Positions 42,069-51,002 of a stretch of DNA of 64,000 nucleotides are shown here, one piece after another. Source of the DNA: an uncultured Gammaproteobacteria bacterium (lineage in GTDB: Bacteria; Pseudomonadota; Gammaproteobacteria; Poriferisulfidales; GCA-002705445). The notes under the pieces were generated by a model. It made no database searches, was not told the DNA's origin, and was given only the letters and a program-made list of their open reading frames with translations. The stretch lies in assembly GCA_913031205.1 (NCBI GenBank), contig CAJWEM010000001.1:32723-96722 (forward strand), written 5' to 3'. Each line of letters opens with the position of its first letter. The first letter of the stretch is position 1. A program made the position numbers and the translations under genes.

Positions 42069-43340
42069 TTAATACTCTAATTCAATAACTTTTTTTAGTT
42101 TATTTAATAAGAAAGTTAAATCTTTCTTTGAAATTACGTATGGTGGCATAATATATATTAGATTTGAATAGGGTCTCAACCAAATCCCATGTTCGACACA
42201 CTTTTTTTGTATTGACTTAACATTTACTTTATTTTTCATTTCTAAGACTCCAATCGCACCAAGAACCCTAAAGTCTTTAACTGATTCATTTTTTGATATT
42301 TCTTTAAACGAATTAAAAACAGCTGATTCAATATTTTTTATCTTTTTTTTCCAATCATATGATAGAAGTAAATTAATATTTGCAAGTGCTACAGAGCATG
42401 CAAGTGGATTTGCCATGTATGTTGGTCCATGCATAAAGATTCCAGGATCTTTATTTGATATTGATTTTGCAATTTCTTTAGAAACCATGGTTGCTGCTAA
42501 ACTCATATAACCGCCAGTTATTGATTTTCCTAAGCACAAGATATCAGGCACAATATTAGAATGCTCGAAGCCAAATAATTTTCCGGTTCTACCAAAACCT
42601 GTTGCAATTTCGTCTAACATCAAAAGTACATTATATTTTTCACATAGTTTTTTTAGTTTTTTTAAATAGTCTGGATGATAAACTCTCATTCCTCCAGCGC
42701 CTTGAAAAATTGGCTCAATAATTACTGCAGCTATTAATGAATGTTTCTCCTTTAATTTCTGTTCGATTTGTTTAAGGCTTTTACTTTTTTTTAAATTAAA
42801 CTCACGCGAGTCTTCTGGCTTTGAAACATATATTTGACTCAGTAAAGTTTTTTTAAAAATAGAATGCATTCCATTAATCGGGTCACTAACTGACATTGTC
42901 GCAAATGTATCGCCATGATACCCACTTTTCACAGTTAAAAACTTTTTTTTCTTCTCCAGATTTTTTGAATACCAGTATTGAATTGCGAATTTCATCCCCA
43001 CTTCAATTGCTACTGAACCTGAGTCAGAAAAAAATACTTTTTGAATAGAGCGTGGAGTAATCTCATTTAATTTTCTTGCAAGGTCTACTGCGGGTTTGTG
43101 TGTAAATCCACCAAACATTACATGGGAAAATTTACTAATTTGATCTTTTATTGCTTTATTTAGCTTCGGGTGATTATATCCATTAATCACACACCACCAA
43201 GAGGACATGCCATCAACCAGCTTTTCTCCAGTTGCCAAATGAATATACACACCTTTTGCTTTCTTAACCGAGTAGACTGGATTCTTATCAATCGCTGCGG
43301 CATATGGATGCCATACATATAATTTGTCATCATTTATCAT
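42069..43340 (-). CDS. bioA: adenosylmethionine-8-amino-7-oxononanoate aminotransferase
   Basis: 423 aa class III aminotransferase with PLP-lysine region DEIATGFGRTGKLF. Confidence 0.88.
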   Translation of the reverse strand: MINDDKLYVWHPYAAAIDKNPVYSVKKAKGVYIHLATGEKLVDGMSSWWCVINGYNHPKLNKAIKDQISKFSHVMFGGFTHKPAVDLARKLNEITPRSIQKVFFSDSGSVAIEVGMKFAIQYWYSKNLEKKKKFLTVKSGYHGDTFATMSVSDPINGMHSIFKKTLLSQIYVSKPEDSREFNLKKSKSLKQIEQKLKEKHSLIAAVIIEPIFQGAGGMRVYHPDYLKKLKKLCEKYNVLLMLDEIATGFGRTGKLFGFEHSNIVPDILCLGKSITGGYMSLAATMVSKEIAKSISNKDPGIFMHGPTYMANPLACSVALANINLLLSYDWKKKIKNIESAVFNSFKEISKNESVKDFRVLGAIGVLEMKNKVNVKSIQKKCVEHGIWLRPYSNLIYIMPPYVISKKDLTFLLNKLKKVIELEY

Positions 43341-43701
43341 CTTTACAACTAAAAATTTTCTTATCTTTTAAAAATAGGTTATCAATATTATTTCCAACAT
43401 ACATTTCATCATACAATACTTTTGTATCAAGATTAAATTCTAAGTAAAACTTTTTAATCAAATTTTCTTTTCTTTGAAAGAAATAAGCGGTTACCTTACT
43501 TTTCGTTTCATTGTCAATAATATAATCAAATCGATAGCCATTTGGTAAAATATTTACTACCTTATAATTTTTATATATCTTGAAAGTATGAACCGAATTA
43601 TTTTCAAAATTTTTGCATTTTAAAATATGTACACTTTTTGAATAGGATTTGGAAAAAGCTAAAAAAAGGAAAAAAATTATTAAAAAAGATCTAAATGACA
43701 T
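43330..43701 (-). CDS. small secreted/lipoprotein-like hypothetical (123 aa)
   Basis: Signal peptide MSFRSFLIIFFLFLAFSKSYS. No known motif. Confidence 0.45.
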   Translation of the reverse strand: MSFRSFLIIFFLFLAFSKSYSKSVHILKCKNFENNSVHTFKIYKNYKVVNILPNGYRFDYIIDNETKSKVTAYFFQRKENLIKKFYLEFNLDTKVLYDEMYVGNNIDNLFLKDKKIFSCKDDK

Positions 43702-43708
43702 TGTTTAA

Positions 43709-44125
43709 TTAAGAACTAATAAGTTCTAAAGAATAACTTATATCTATTGCCTTGCCTAATACGATACAACATGAGCAATGTTTATTTAGCGAGGATTGAA
43801 TAATTTTTTCCAGATCATCTTTATTTTTCTCGTCAGAATCTATTATATAAGTACAATGAATCTTATTAATGATTGATGGTTTTGAATTTGTTCTTTGGGC
43901 ATTAATTTTTAAATTAAAATTTTTAATTTTTATTTTTTTGGTTTTTGCCATACAAACAATATCAAAAGCTGTACAGCCTCCCATGCCTGATATAAGAAGT
44001 TCTGTTGGTCTTGAACCGTTATTATTTCCCCCGTTTTCAACAGGGCCATCCATTAAAATAGTATTTCCACTTTCTGTCAAAGCAGAAAAATTTACTCCAT
44101 CAATCCATTTGATATTTGCTTCCAT
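43709..44125 (-). CDS. OsmC/Ohr-family peroxiredoxin-like protein
   Basis: 138 aa with GMGGCTAFD and a second Cys region, typical of the OsmC fold. Confidence 0.75.
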   Translation of the reverse strand: MEANIKWIDGVNFSALTESGNTILMDGPVENGGNNNGSRPTELLISGMGGCTAFDIVCMAKTKKIKIKNFNLKINAQRTNSKPSIINKIHCTYIIDSDEKNKDDLEKIIQSSLNKHCSCCIVLGKAIDISYSLELISS

Positions 44126-44971
44126 TTATTCTCCCTCTTCAATTTTATTTTCTTCATAACTTGACCAAGCACTCCAAGAGCCTACATATAATTTTGACTT
44201 TCCGAAACCACTATACTCCATCGCTAAATAATTATGGCAAGCCGTTACGCCGGAACCACACATATTTATGATTTTTTCTGCTGAGTCTTTTTTTGTTTTT
44301 TTAAACATTGCAAGAAGCTCAGTTTGAGTTTTAAATTTTCCAAATTCATTTAAATTATTTTTAAAAGGCATATTTAATGCCCCAGGTATATGCCCTGCTT
44401 TTTTGTCTATCGGTTCCTTTTTACCAATAAATCTAACCTTTTCTCTTGCGTCTACGAGGCAAAAGCCCTCTTCATTTATCATCTTTTCTAGGTTTTTTGT
44501 TGTTACAATACTTTCCTTGTTATAAGTATAAATATTATTTTGATGTTGAACATTTTCTGGTAATAAGTTGTCCATAGGCAGATTCTGAGAGCTCCAAGAT
44601 TTAAAACCTCCGTCAAGTACAGCACAATCTTCAATTCCTACAATACGTAACATCCACCAAAATCTTGCTGACATTGAATTGTTTTCGTCATCGTATATCA
44701 CTATTTTTGAATTTCTATTTATGCCATAGCTGTTTAACAAATCTGAAAAATTCTTAATATCAGGTAAAGGGTGTCTCCCAGAGTGTTCCAAAACTTTTGA
44801 AGATAATTGGGATTCTAAATTAATATAATGTGCGTTTTTAATATGCGCGTTAAGATAGTTCTTAAATCCTAATTCTTTTTTTAATAAATGAAATCTACAG
44901 TCAAAAATTATTAAATTTTTATCATCTAAAATTTTATTTAAATTTTTTGGCTTTATAATAAATTTTTCCAT
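44126..44971 (-). CDS. sseA: thiosulfate/3-mercaptopyruvate sulfurtransferase (tandem rhodanese)
   Basis: 281 aa with two rhodanese domains and an active-site loop CGSGVTAC in the C-terminal domain. Confidence 0.8.
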   Translation of the reverse strand: MEKFIIKPKNLNKILDDKNLIIFDCRFHLLKKELGFKNYLNAHIKNAHYINLESQLSSKVLEHSGRHPLPDIKNFSDLLNSYGINRNSKIVIYDDENNSMSARFWWMLRIVGIEDCAVLDGGFKSWSSQNLPMDNLLPENVQHQNNIYTYNKESIVTTKNLEKMINEEGFCLVDAREKVRFIGKKEPIDKKAGHIPGALNMPFKNNLNEFGKFKTQTELLAMFKKTKKDSAEKIINMCGSGVTACHNYLAMEYSGFGKSKLYVGSWSAWSSYEENKIEEGE

Positions 44972-45142
44972 TTATTTCTTTTTATATCTATTTACATAAA
45001 TTACATACATATAGAATATAACAACAAATAAACCTATCAATGAAATTATTTGACCTTGCGTTAAAGTATCTATATTCGCAACAATTGCTGAAGCAAATAT
45101 TAAAATTGCTAATCCAAATCTATTTCTTTGCCATCCTCTCAT
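44972..45142 (-). CDS. unannotated small membrane protein (56 aa), possibly YgaP/DUF2892-like rhodanese partner
   Basis: Not in the ORF track because it is under 60 aa. Minus-strand ATG at 45142 gives MRGWQRNRFGLAILIFASAIVANIDTLTQGQIISLIGLFVVIFYMYVIYVNRYKKK. Its TAA stop is immediately followed by the ATG of the rhodanese gene (TAAATG). Confidence 0.4.
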   Translation of the reverse strand: MRGWQRNRFGLAILIFASAIVANIDTLTQGQIISLIGLFVVIFYMYVIYVNRYKKK

Positions 45143-45157
45143 AACTTATAATTTTTG

Positions 45158-45808
45158 TTAATTTTTTTTCTTTAGGCCATGTTCGACTGCTATAACAGCT
45201 GCCTCAACTCGTGAATGTATATCTAATTTTCTTAATATTGATTTTACATGAAGTTTAACTGTGCCATCCGATATGCCCAAATTCTTCGCGATTAACTTGT
45301 TACTTTGTCCTTCAGCTAATAATTCAAGTATTTCATTTTCTCTAGGAGTTAAAGTACTAATCAAATTACTGATATTAATTTCATCATCATCTCCTTGATG
45401 AAACTTAGCTAATATTTGTACTAAATTTGGAGCAACAATTGTTTCTCCTTTAAGAACATCTTTTAATGCAACAACTAAATTATCTGGCTCCATATCCTTC
45501 AATAAATAACCACTTGCGCCATTACGCAATGCTTCAATTAAGTCTTTCTCGTCATCACTTGTTGTTAACATTACTATTGGTAAAGTCTTATTTTTTTCTC
45601 TTAATTTCTTTAAAACTTCGATACCAGATATATCTGGCATTCTGAGATCTAGCAAAATTATATCTGGCTCGATTTTTTCTATCGATTTGATGCCCTCTTC
45701 ACCATTACTAACCGAAGATATTACATCGATATCATGTCTTACAAGTAATCTCTGTAAGCCTTCTCTAAAAAGCGTATGGTCGTCAATTATTGTTACTTTA
45801 ATTTTCAT
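45158..45808 (-). CDS. two-component response regulator, NarL/FixJ (LuxR-type HTH) family
   Basis: 216 aa with a receiver domain (DDH...D54 LRMPD) and a C-terminal LuxR HTH (LTPRENEILELLAEGQSNKLIAKNLGISDGTVKLH). Confidence 0.9.
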   Translation of the reverse strand: MKIKVTIIDDHTLFREGLQRLLVRHDIDVISSVSNGEEGIKSIEKIEPDIILLDLRMPDISGIEVLKKLREKNKTLPIVMLTTSDDEKDLIEALRNGASGYLLKDMEPDNLVVALKDVLKGETIVAPNLVQILAKFHQGDDDEINISNLISTLTPRENEILELLAEGQSNKLIAKNLGISDGTVKLHVKSILRKLDIHSRVEAAVIAVEHGLKKKN

Positions 45809-45816
45809 TAATAAAA

Positions 45817-46758
45817 TTAATCTTCTTTTTCATTAAAAGAAAGAATAACACGTACTCCCTCGCCTGGCTCACTTTCAATTGCTAAATGACCACCTATTTG
45901 AGCTGCTCTATCTCTCATAATACTTAAACCCACATGTTCCCCCGAATCTTCATTATCATGCCCAATAAAGCATGATTTTGCTATTCCAATACCGTCATCT
46001 TCAATAATAAGAGAATACTTCCCAGTTTCATATGACATTAATAACACTCTAACAATTTTTGCTTGGGAATGCTTCTTAACATTTAGAAGAGCCTCTTGAG
46101 CTATCCTTTTGATGTGAAGCTCATCATTCTTATTTAGATTTATAACTGGAATCTTATTTTGAAAAAATATTTTTATCCCATTATTTTCAGATTTAAAACT
46201 GTCTACAAGATTTGAAATTTCTCTTCCTATATTATCTATTTCTTGAGGAGATCTAAAATGGCCTATTAATTGACGTATTTCTGTATTTGCTAATTCTATA
46301 CTTTCTTCGAGCGTTTCAAGTTCATCTGTTATTCTTTTGTCTGAGTAAAGTTCCGCAGTTTTATATTTACGGTTATTCTTCATATATATTATTCCTTGTA
46401 GACTTTCATCAAGTACTCGAACTTGTAACCTTAAGCTTGCTAAAGTTTGTGCAAGTGAATCGTGTAACTCTGAAGCAATAAAAACTCTTTCTTCCATGAT
46501 AGCCAAACGATTAGCCTCTTTATTTTTATCTTCTTTATATTTGGCAAATTGCTCTAATTGAACATTTGTTTTATTAAGTTGATTCTCAAGCATTTCAGAA
46601 ACAATATTCAAATTACTACATAATGTTTTCAAATCTTCTGATTTTGTTTGGCATTGAATTCTGGAAGTCAAATCCCCTGACATAATATTAAGAACCCATT
46701 CATTAAGATCTTCTATAAATTCACCAAGTTGACTAGTTTTACTCTTTGGGCTCGACAT
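45817..46758 (-). CDS. cytoplasmic sensor histidine kinase (HisKA_3/NarX-type dimerisation + HATPase), no TM segments
   Basis: 313 aa. H-box ELHDSLAQTL. HATPase_c G-boxes DDGIGI and GLSIMRDRAAQIGG. The N-terminal ~100 aa are coiled-coil-like without hydrophobic helices. Confidence 0.85.
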   Translation of the reverse strand: MSSPKSKTSQLGEFIEDLNEWVLNIMSGDLTSRIQCQTKSEDLKTLCSNLNIVSEMLENQLNKTNVQLEQFAKYKEDKNKEANRLAIMEERVFIASELHDSLAQTLASLRLQVRVLDESLQGIIYMKNNRKYKTAELYSDKRITDELETLEESIELANTEIRQLIGHFRSPQEIDNIGREISNLVDSFKSENNGIKIFFQNKIPVINLNKNDELHIKRIAQEALLNVKKHSQAKIVRVLLMSYETGKYSLIIEDDGIGIAKSCFIGHDNEDSGEHVGLSIMRDRAAQIGGHLAIESEPGEGVRVILSFNEKED

Positions 46759-47071
46759 AATTTGGATCTTTAGGATTAAGAAAAATGAAATTGAACTGAT
46801 TTTTTTCTAATTCTACATAATCAACTGTCATTCCATTACATATTTCTAGCGATGCGTTTGACATAATAATTTCGATATCATCAATATTTAGTGTCTTATC
46901 ATTACTAGTAATATTATCATCAAAACCCAAAGCGTAGTGAAAATTATTTCCACCTCTTTTCATGACTGCTATTCTAAGCTTAAAACCTTTATTTTCCTCT
47001 TTTGCAATCTCTTTTTTAAATATTGAAGCTGCTGATTCTGTAATTTTAATCATTTTTGCTCTCTTTAACAT
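46739..47071 (-). CDS. dsrR: DsrR, IscA/HesB-like protein lacking the Fe-S ligating cysteines
   Basis: 110 aa with a HesB fold signature (ESAASIFKK...GFKLRIAV..GG..FHYALGFD). The three conserved IscA cysteines are absent. Sits directly after dsrN, as in the Allochromatium vinosum dsr operon. Confidence 0.75.
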   Translation of the reverse strand: MLKRAKMIKITESAASIFKKEIAKEENKGFKLRIAVMKRGGNNFHYALGFDDNITSNDKTLNIDDIEIIMSNASLEICNGMTVDYVELEKNQFNFIFLNPKDPNYVEPKE

Positions 47072-48422
47072 AGTTAATAAAATATTTTATCCACGGCATT
47101 TTGCTTGTGTGTCTTAAGTGAGAAAAATTTGCTAAAAGCTTTTTATATATAAAACCATCTGCATCACCATTAATTCCATATCCTCTTTTTATTTTATAGG
47201 CAAACTGTATTTTTTCTTTATTACTAAAAGTTAAATCAGCGTGATGAAATTCATGTGCGTTTACTTGAAGACCCTTTTTCAGGCCCCATGGATGCTTTGC
47301 AGAGGTTTCAATTTTTACGTATCCTCTACCTATTGGCTTTTCGGACATCGTTGTTCTTCCAGGCAATATACCAACCATTTTAAAGCTTTTATTTTTAAAC
47401 TTTATACTTCTTGTTAAATACATAAGGCCGCCGCACTCTGCGTAAACTGGAAGACCAGAGTTTATAAAATTTTTGACATCTTGAATTAGAGTTTTATTTT
47501 TTTCTATTTTTTCAGCATAAATTTCAGGAAAACCTCCTCCAATGAAAAGTCCATCGACATTGGGTAGATTTTTATCTTTAAAAGAATTTATAAATACCAA
47601 ATCTGCGCCATATTTTTTAAATTTCTCTAAGTCATCTTTATAATAAAATCCAAAAGACTGATCGTAAAAAATACCAATTTTTATTTTACTGTCTGATAAA
47701 TTATTAATTAAATTTTTTTTCTTAACAGTTTTTTTTGTTTTATTTTTAATATTTAAGCCGATTTTTTTAAAACTTTTTATATCAATAGATTCAGATATAA
47801 TTTTTGATACGGTGTTGATTTTCTTTTCTGCATATTTTTTCTCATTTGCTGGAACTAATCCTAAATGTCTTTCTGATATAAGTAATTCTTTACTCTTTCG
47901 AATTGAACCAAGAACTTTTATATCCGTATAATTATTTACAGCATTTACCAGTTTATCTTCATGGCGATCGGTTTTTACTTTATTTAAAACGACTCCCTGA
48001 ATATTACATTTTTTATTAAAATTTAAATATCCTTGAAGAAGTGGTGCAATTCCACGTGTGATACCTTCCGTGTCTACAATTAATAATACGGGTATCTCTA
48101 GTAAAACTGATAAAGCTGAATTATCGTCTTGACCACTTTCATTTACACCATCGAATAAGCCTTTGTTGCCCTCAATTATGTTGAAATCTAATTTTTTTAA
48201 ATTAAAGAAATTCTTTATTTCTGAATTTGTTTGAGTATTAAAATCAAGATTATAACAATTAGATTTAGAGGCAAGTGATAACCAGCTCATATCAATATAG
48301 TCAGGCCCTTTTTTAAAAGACTGCAGATTATAATTTAGGTTAGACAACATTCTTGAAAATCCAATTGAGAAAATTGTTTTTCCAGAAGATTTGTGGGCGG
48401 CAGATATGAAAAAACTATTCAA
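47046..48422 (-). CDS. dsrN: DsrN, cobyrinic acid a,c-diamide synthase-like amidotransferase (siroheme amidation)
   Basis: 458 aa with a CobB/CbiA-type N-terminal ATPase region and a C-terminal GATase-like domain. Positioned between dsrP and dsrR. Confidence 0.8.
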   Translation of the reverse strand: MNSFFISAAHKSSGKTIFSIGFSRMLSNLNYNLQSFKKGPDYIDMSWLSLASKSNCYNLDFNTQTNSEIKNFFNLKKLDFNIIEGNKGLFDGVNESGQDDNSALSVLLEIPVLLIVDTEGITRGIAPLLQGYLNFNKKCNIQGVVLNKVKTDRHEDKLVNAVNNYTDIKVLGSIRKSKELLISERHLGLVPANEKKYAEKKINTVSKIISESIDIKSFKKIGLNIKNKTKKTVKKKNLINNLSDSKIKIGIFYDQSFGFYYKDDLEKFKKYGADLVFINSFKDKNLPNVDGLFIGGGFPEIYAEKIEKNKTLIQDVKNFINSGLPVYAECGGLMYLTRSIKFKNKSFKMVGILPGRTTMSEKPIGRGYVKIETSAKHPWGLKKGLQVNAHEFHHADLTFSNKEKIQFAYKIKRGYGINGDADGFIYKKLLANFSHLRHTSKMPWIKYFINYVKESKND

Positions 48423-48428
48423 AATAAA

Positions 48429-49793
48429 TTATTCCTCTGCTGGCTTACCTTCGTCTGCAGATTTATTTTTTTCCTCTGTTTCTAATTCTTCAGTTGTTTT
48501 TTGATCAGGGGGAACGCTCGATTTTTCATCAACAACTTCTTCTTGAGATTCCTTTTCTTCCTCAAGCTGTTCTTCTGTAACCGGTTCAGGTACATTTGCC
48601 ATAGCAGTTGCGGCATTATCAAGGCTTCTAGGCGTAAAGTCTAAAACCATGATCGCAAATAAATAAATCGCTGCAGCAATACCAACCCCGCCCAAGCCCA
48701 ACATGAATTCATAAATACTTGGAACATAAGTTGCTTCCACTCCGTCAAAAAAGGAACTTCTTTCAATATAGCCTGGAAATAAATCAAGCGGAAACGCCTG
48801 TCCAGAAATTATAATTACATAAAGCATGGAAAACCCACCAAACAAAACCAGAATAGAGGCATAAAGCAAACCTGAAGCAGATTTTGATAATTTCTTATTA
48901 TATAAAATTAATAATGGGAAAAGCGTGCCTATTATCATTTGGCACCCCCAAAATAAAAAAGTATAAATATTTCCAGAAAATAATAAAAAGAATTCGTAAC
49001 CATGATTCTTTGTTACATACAGATTAGTTAGATGTGAAAGTATTGTGATGTAGAAAACTGTGAATATAAAATATATTAATAATTTTCTAAATCTTTTTAT
49101 TATTTCAGATCCTAAAGGAATCCCAAGTCCTCTATCCATCCAAAATAATATTTTATAAAAAAATGCAGTCCCAACAAGCAGCGATAAAGCTATAAATAAT
49201 GGAGCTAAAAGAGCGCCATTGTATGCCTCTTTTGCTACCAAGAAGGCAAAAATTGAACCTGTACCAGTAGTTAGTGTGACTCGCCAGGCAAAAGCGAAGG
49301 TTCCAACTTTACCAACAAACTTATTGTATCTTGCCTCAAACATCATCCATAAATACAAAGCTACAACGGCCATAAAGCCACTATACAAAAATACGTTCCA
49401 TGCAAAAATTGATTTAAAATTAAAAGTGGTCATTGCCACAATGAGACGATCTGGCCTGCCAAGATCAAGTACTAAAACTATTAATCCTCCGGTTAACAAA
49501 CTTATCGCCAAAAGTGCAGAAAGCCTCCCAAGCGGTTTATATATTTTTATATTAAAAACAGAAGAAATTGAGGCAATATTTAAAACACCTGATGCCGCGA
49601 TAATTAAAAAAATTGCAAATACATGTGGTAAGCCCCAAACAATTTGGTTGTTCATTCCCGTTAGCCAGTGTCCTTCATGTTCAAGTGTCACAAATGAGTA
49701 AAAACCTAATCCAATAAATGACATAGCAACAAGACCATAAATAAATATAGCTTTTGAAAACTCGACTATTATGTAGTCTGTTTTATCTCTCAC
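48429..49793 (-). CDS. dsrP: DsrP, NrfD/PsrC-like integral membrane quinone-interacting subunit
   Basis: 454 aa with ~10 TM helices. Follows dsrO. Confidence 0.85.
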   Translation of the reverse strand: MRDKTDYIIVEFSKAIFIYGLVAMSFIGLGFYSFVTLEHEGHWLTGMNNQIVWGLPHVFAIFLIIAASGVLNIASISSVFNIKIYKPLGRLSALLAISLLTGGLIVLVLDLGRPDRLIVAMTTFNFKSIFAWNVFLYSGFMAVVALYLWMMFEARYNKFVGKVGTFAFAWRVTLTTGTGSIFAFLVAKEAYNGALLAPLFIALSLLVGTAFFYKILFWMDRGLGIPLGSEIIKRFRKLLIYFIFTVFYITILSHLTNLYVTKNHGYEFFLLFSGNIYTFLFWGCQMIIGTLFPLLILYNKKLSKSASGLLYASILVLFGGFSMLYVIIISGQAFPLDLFPGYIERSSFFDGVEATYVPSIYEFMLGLGGVGIAAAIYLFAIMVLDFTPRSLDNAATAMANVPEPVTEEQLEEEKESQEEVVDEKSSVPPDQKTTEELETEEKNKSADEGKPAEE

Positions 49794-49795
49794 TT

Positions 49796-50539
49796 TTATA
49801 TTCCTCTGTAACGAACAGCCGTATTTAAACCCAAGTCGCTTCTTACTTCAGTTGTTTTGTATTTATTTAGTTTTTTTGAAATTTCACTTTCAGGGTCGTT
49901 CAGATCACCAAATAGAATGGCTTGGTGACCATCTTTATTGCATGCTTCTGCACAAGCAGTGGTATTCTCTCCTTTATCTACTTTATGCACGCACAAATTG
50001 CAGCTTTCAACACAACCTTTTCCTCTTGGCGTATGTGGAACTTGATTTTCAAGATTTTCATGAATGAAGGATCTTGCCTTATATGGGCACGACATCATGC
50101 AATATCTACAGCCAATACATGTATGTTTATTTACTAGAACAATGCCATCCGCGCGAATGAATGACGCTCCAGTTGGGCATACATCAACACATGGAGGATT
50201 TTCGCAATGCTGACACATCATTGGTATTGTTAAAGATTCTCCTGAATCTTCATGTGTTAAATTTAACTTTCTAATATATTGTGTATCTGTTGTAGGCCTT
50301 CCAAAATCTTCTATCCCATGTTCCTCATTACAAGCAGTAACACATGCATTACAATCTTCAGAACATTGGTTCGCATCAATTAATAAGCCCCATCGATTTT
50401 TTGACGATGCTGGTTCGTTCAATGGTCTTGCATGCGCAAGTTCTTGAAAAAAAACTCCTGGTGCTAAAGATGACATACCTAACATGCCGCTGGACTTGAG
50501 AAAATTTCTTCTATCTAATTTTATTTTATATTTTTTCAT
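49796..50539 (-). CDS. dsrO: DsrO, periplasmic ferredoxin-like 4x[4Fe-4S] protein with Tat-like signal
   Basis: 247 aa. The N-terminus RRNFLKSSGMLGMSSLA is Tat-like. Multiple CxxCxxCxxxCP motifs. Confidence 0.88.
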   Translation of the reverse strand: MKKYKIKLDRRNFLKSSGMLGMSSLAPGVFFQELAHARPLNEPASSKNRWGLLIDANQCSEDCNACVTACNEEHGIEDFGRPTTDTQYIRKLNLTHEDSGESLTIPMMCQHCENPPCVDVCPTGASFIRADGIVLVNKHTCIGCRYCMMSCPYKARSFIHENLENQVPHTPRGKGCVESCNLCVHKVDKGENTTACAEACNKDGHQAILFGDLNDPESEISKKLNKYKTTEVRSDLGLNTAVRYRGI

Positions 50540-50947
50540 TTATTTAGAAGAATCCTCAATATTTTTTTTTGCTACTTTTTTATAAGGTTTAGACGCATGA
50601 CAATCAAAACATTCAACTTTTACAGCTGCTGCAATGTGACAGGCTGAACAAAAATGTTCCTCGGTTTTTACACTTGGATATGATCCATCTGCAAGTGGTT
50701 TAATATGACAATTAATACAATTATTTAAACTATACTTTTTTGTTCGAATACCATTGACTACAGTTTCATGGCTTTGATGATTTATAAATATGTGGTGTTG
50801 AGCGCGCATAACATCCGTTGGTTCAACACATTTATCACCAGAGGAAGCATCTATATTATGTTTTATATTTTCGTGAGTAATTGATGAACCACTAAAGAGA
50901 ACTAAAAAAAGGGCTAGCGAAATCTTTATAGATAAAATCTTATACAT
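50540..50947 (-). CDS. dsrJ: DsrJ, periplasmic triheme cytochrome c
   Basis: 135 aa with a signal peptide and three CxxCH motifs (CINCH, CSACH, CFDCH). Confidence 0.88.
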   Translation of the reverse strand: MYKILSIKISLALFLVLFSGSSITHENIKHNIDASSGDKCVEPTDVMRAQHHIFINHQSHETVVNGIRTKKYSLNNCINCHIKPLADGSYPSVKTEEHFCSACHIAAAVKVECFDCHASKPYKKVAKKNIEDSSK

Positions 50948-51002
50948 ACTGAATCTCTCCTCATAATTCAGATAATGACTACATGTTTAATAATTACCTA
51001 AA

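Noticed and set aside
46739-47071. IscA/ErpA Fe-S carrier
   Set aside because: It has a HesB fold but none of the three conserved cysteines, and it sits at the end of the dsr operon. This fits DsrR rather than a functional A-type carrier.
49219-49701. 160-aa plus-strand ORF inside dsrP
   Set aside because: It is antisense to a conserved polytopic membrane protein gene. It has no motif and no RBS. Long antisense ORFs are expected by chance within genes.
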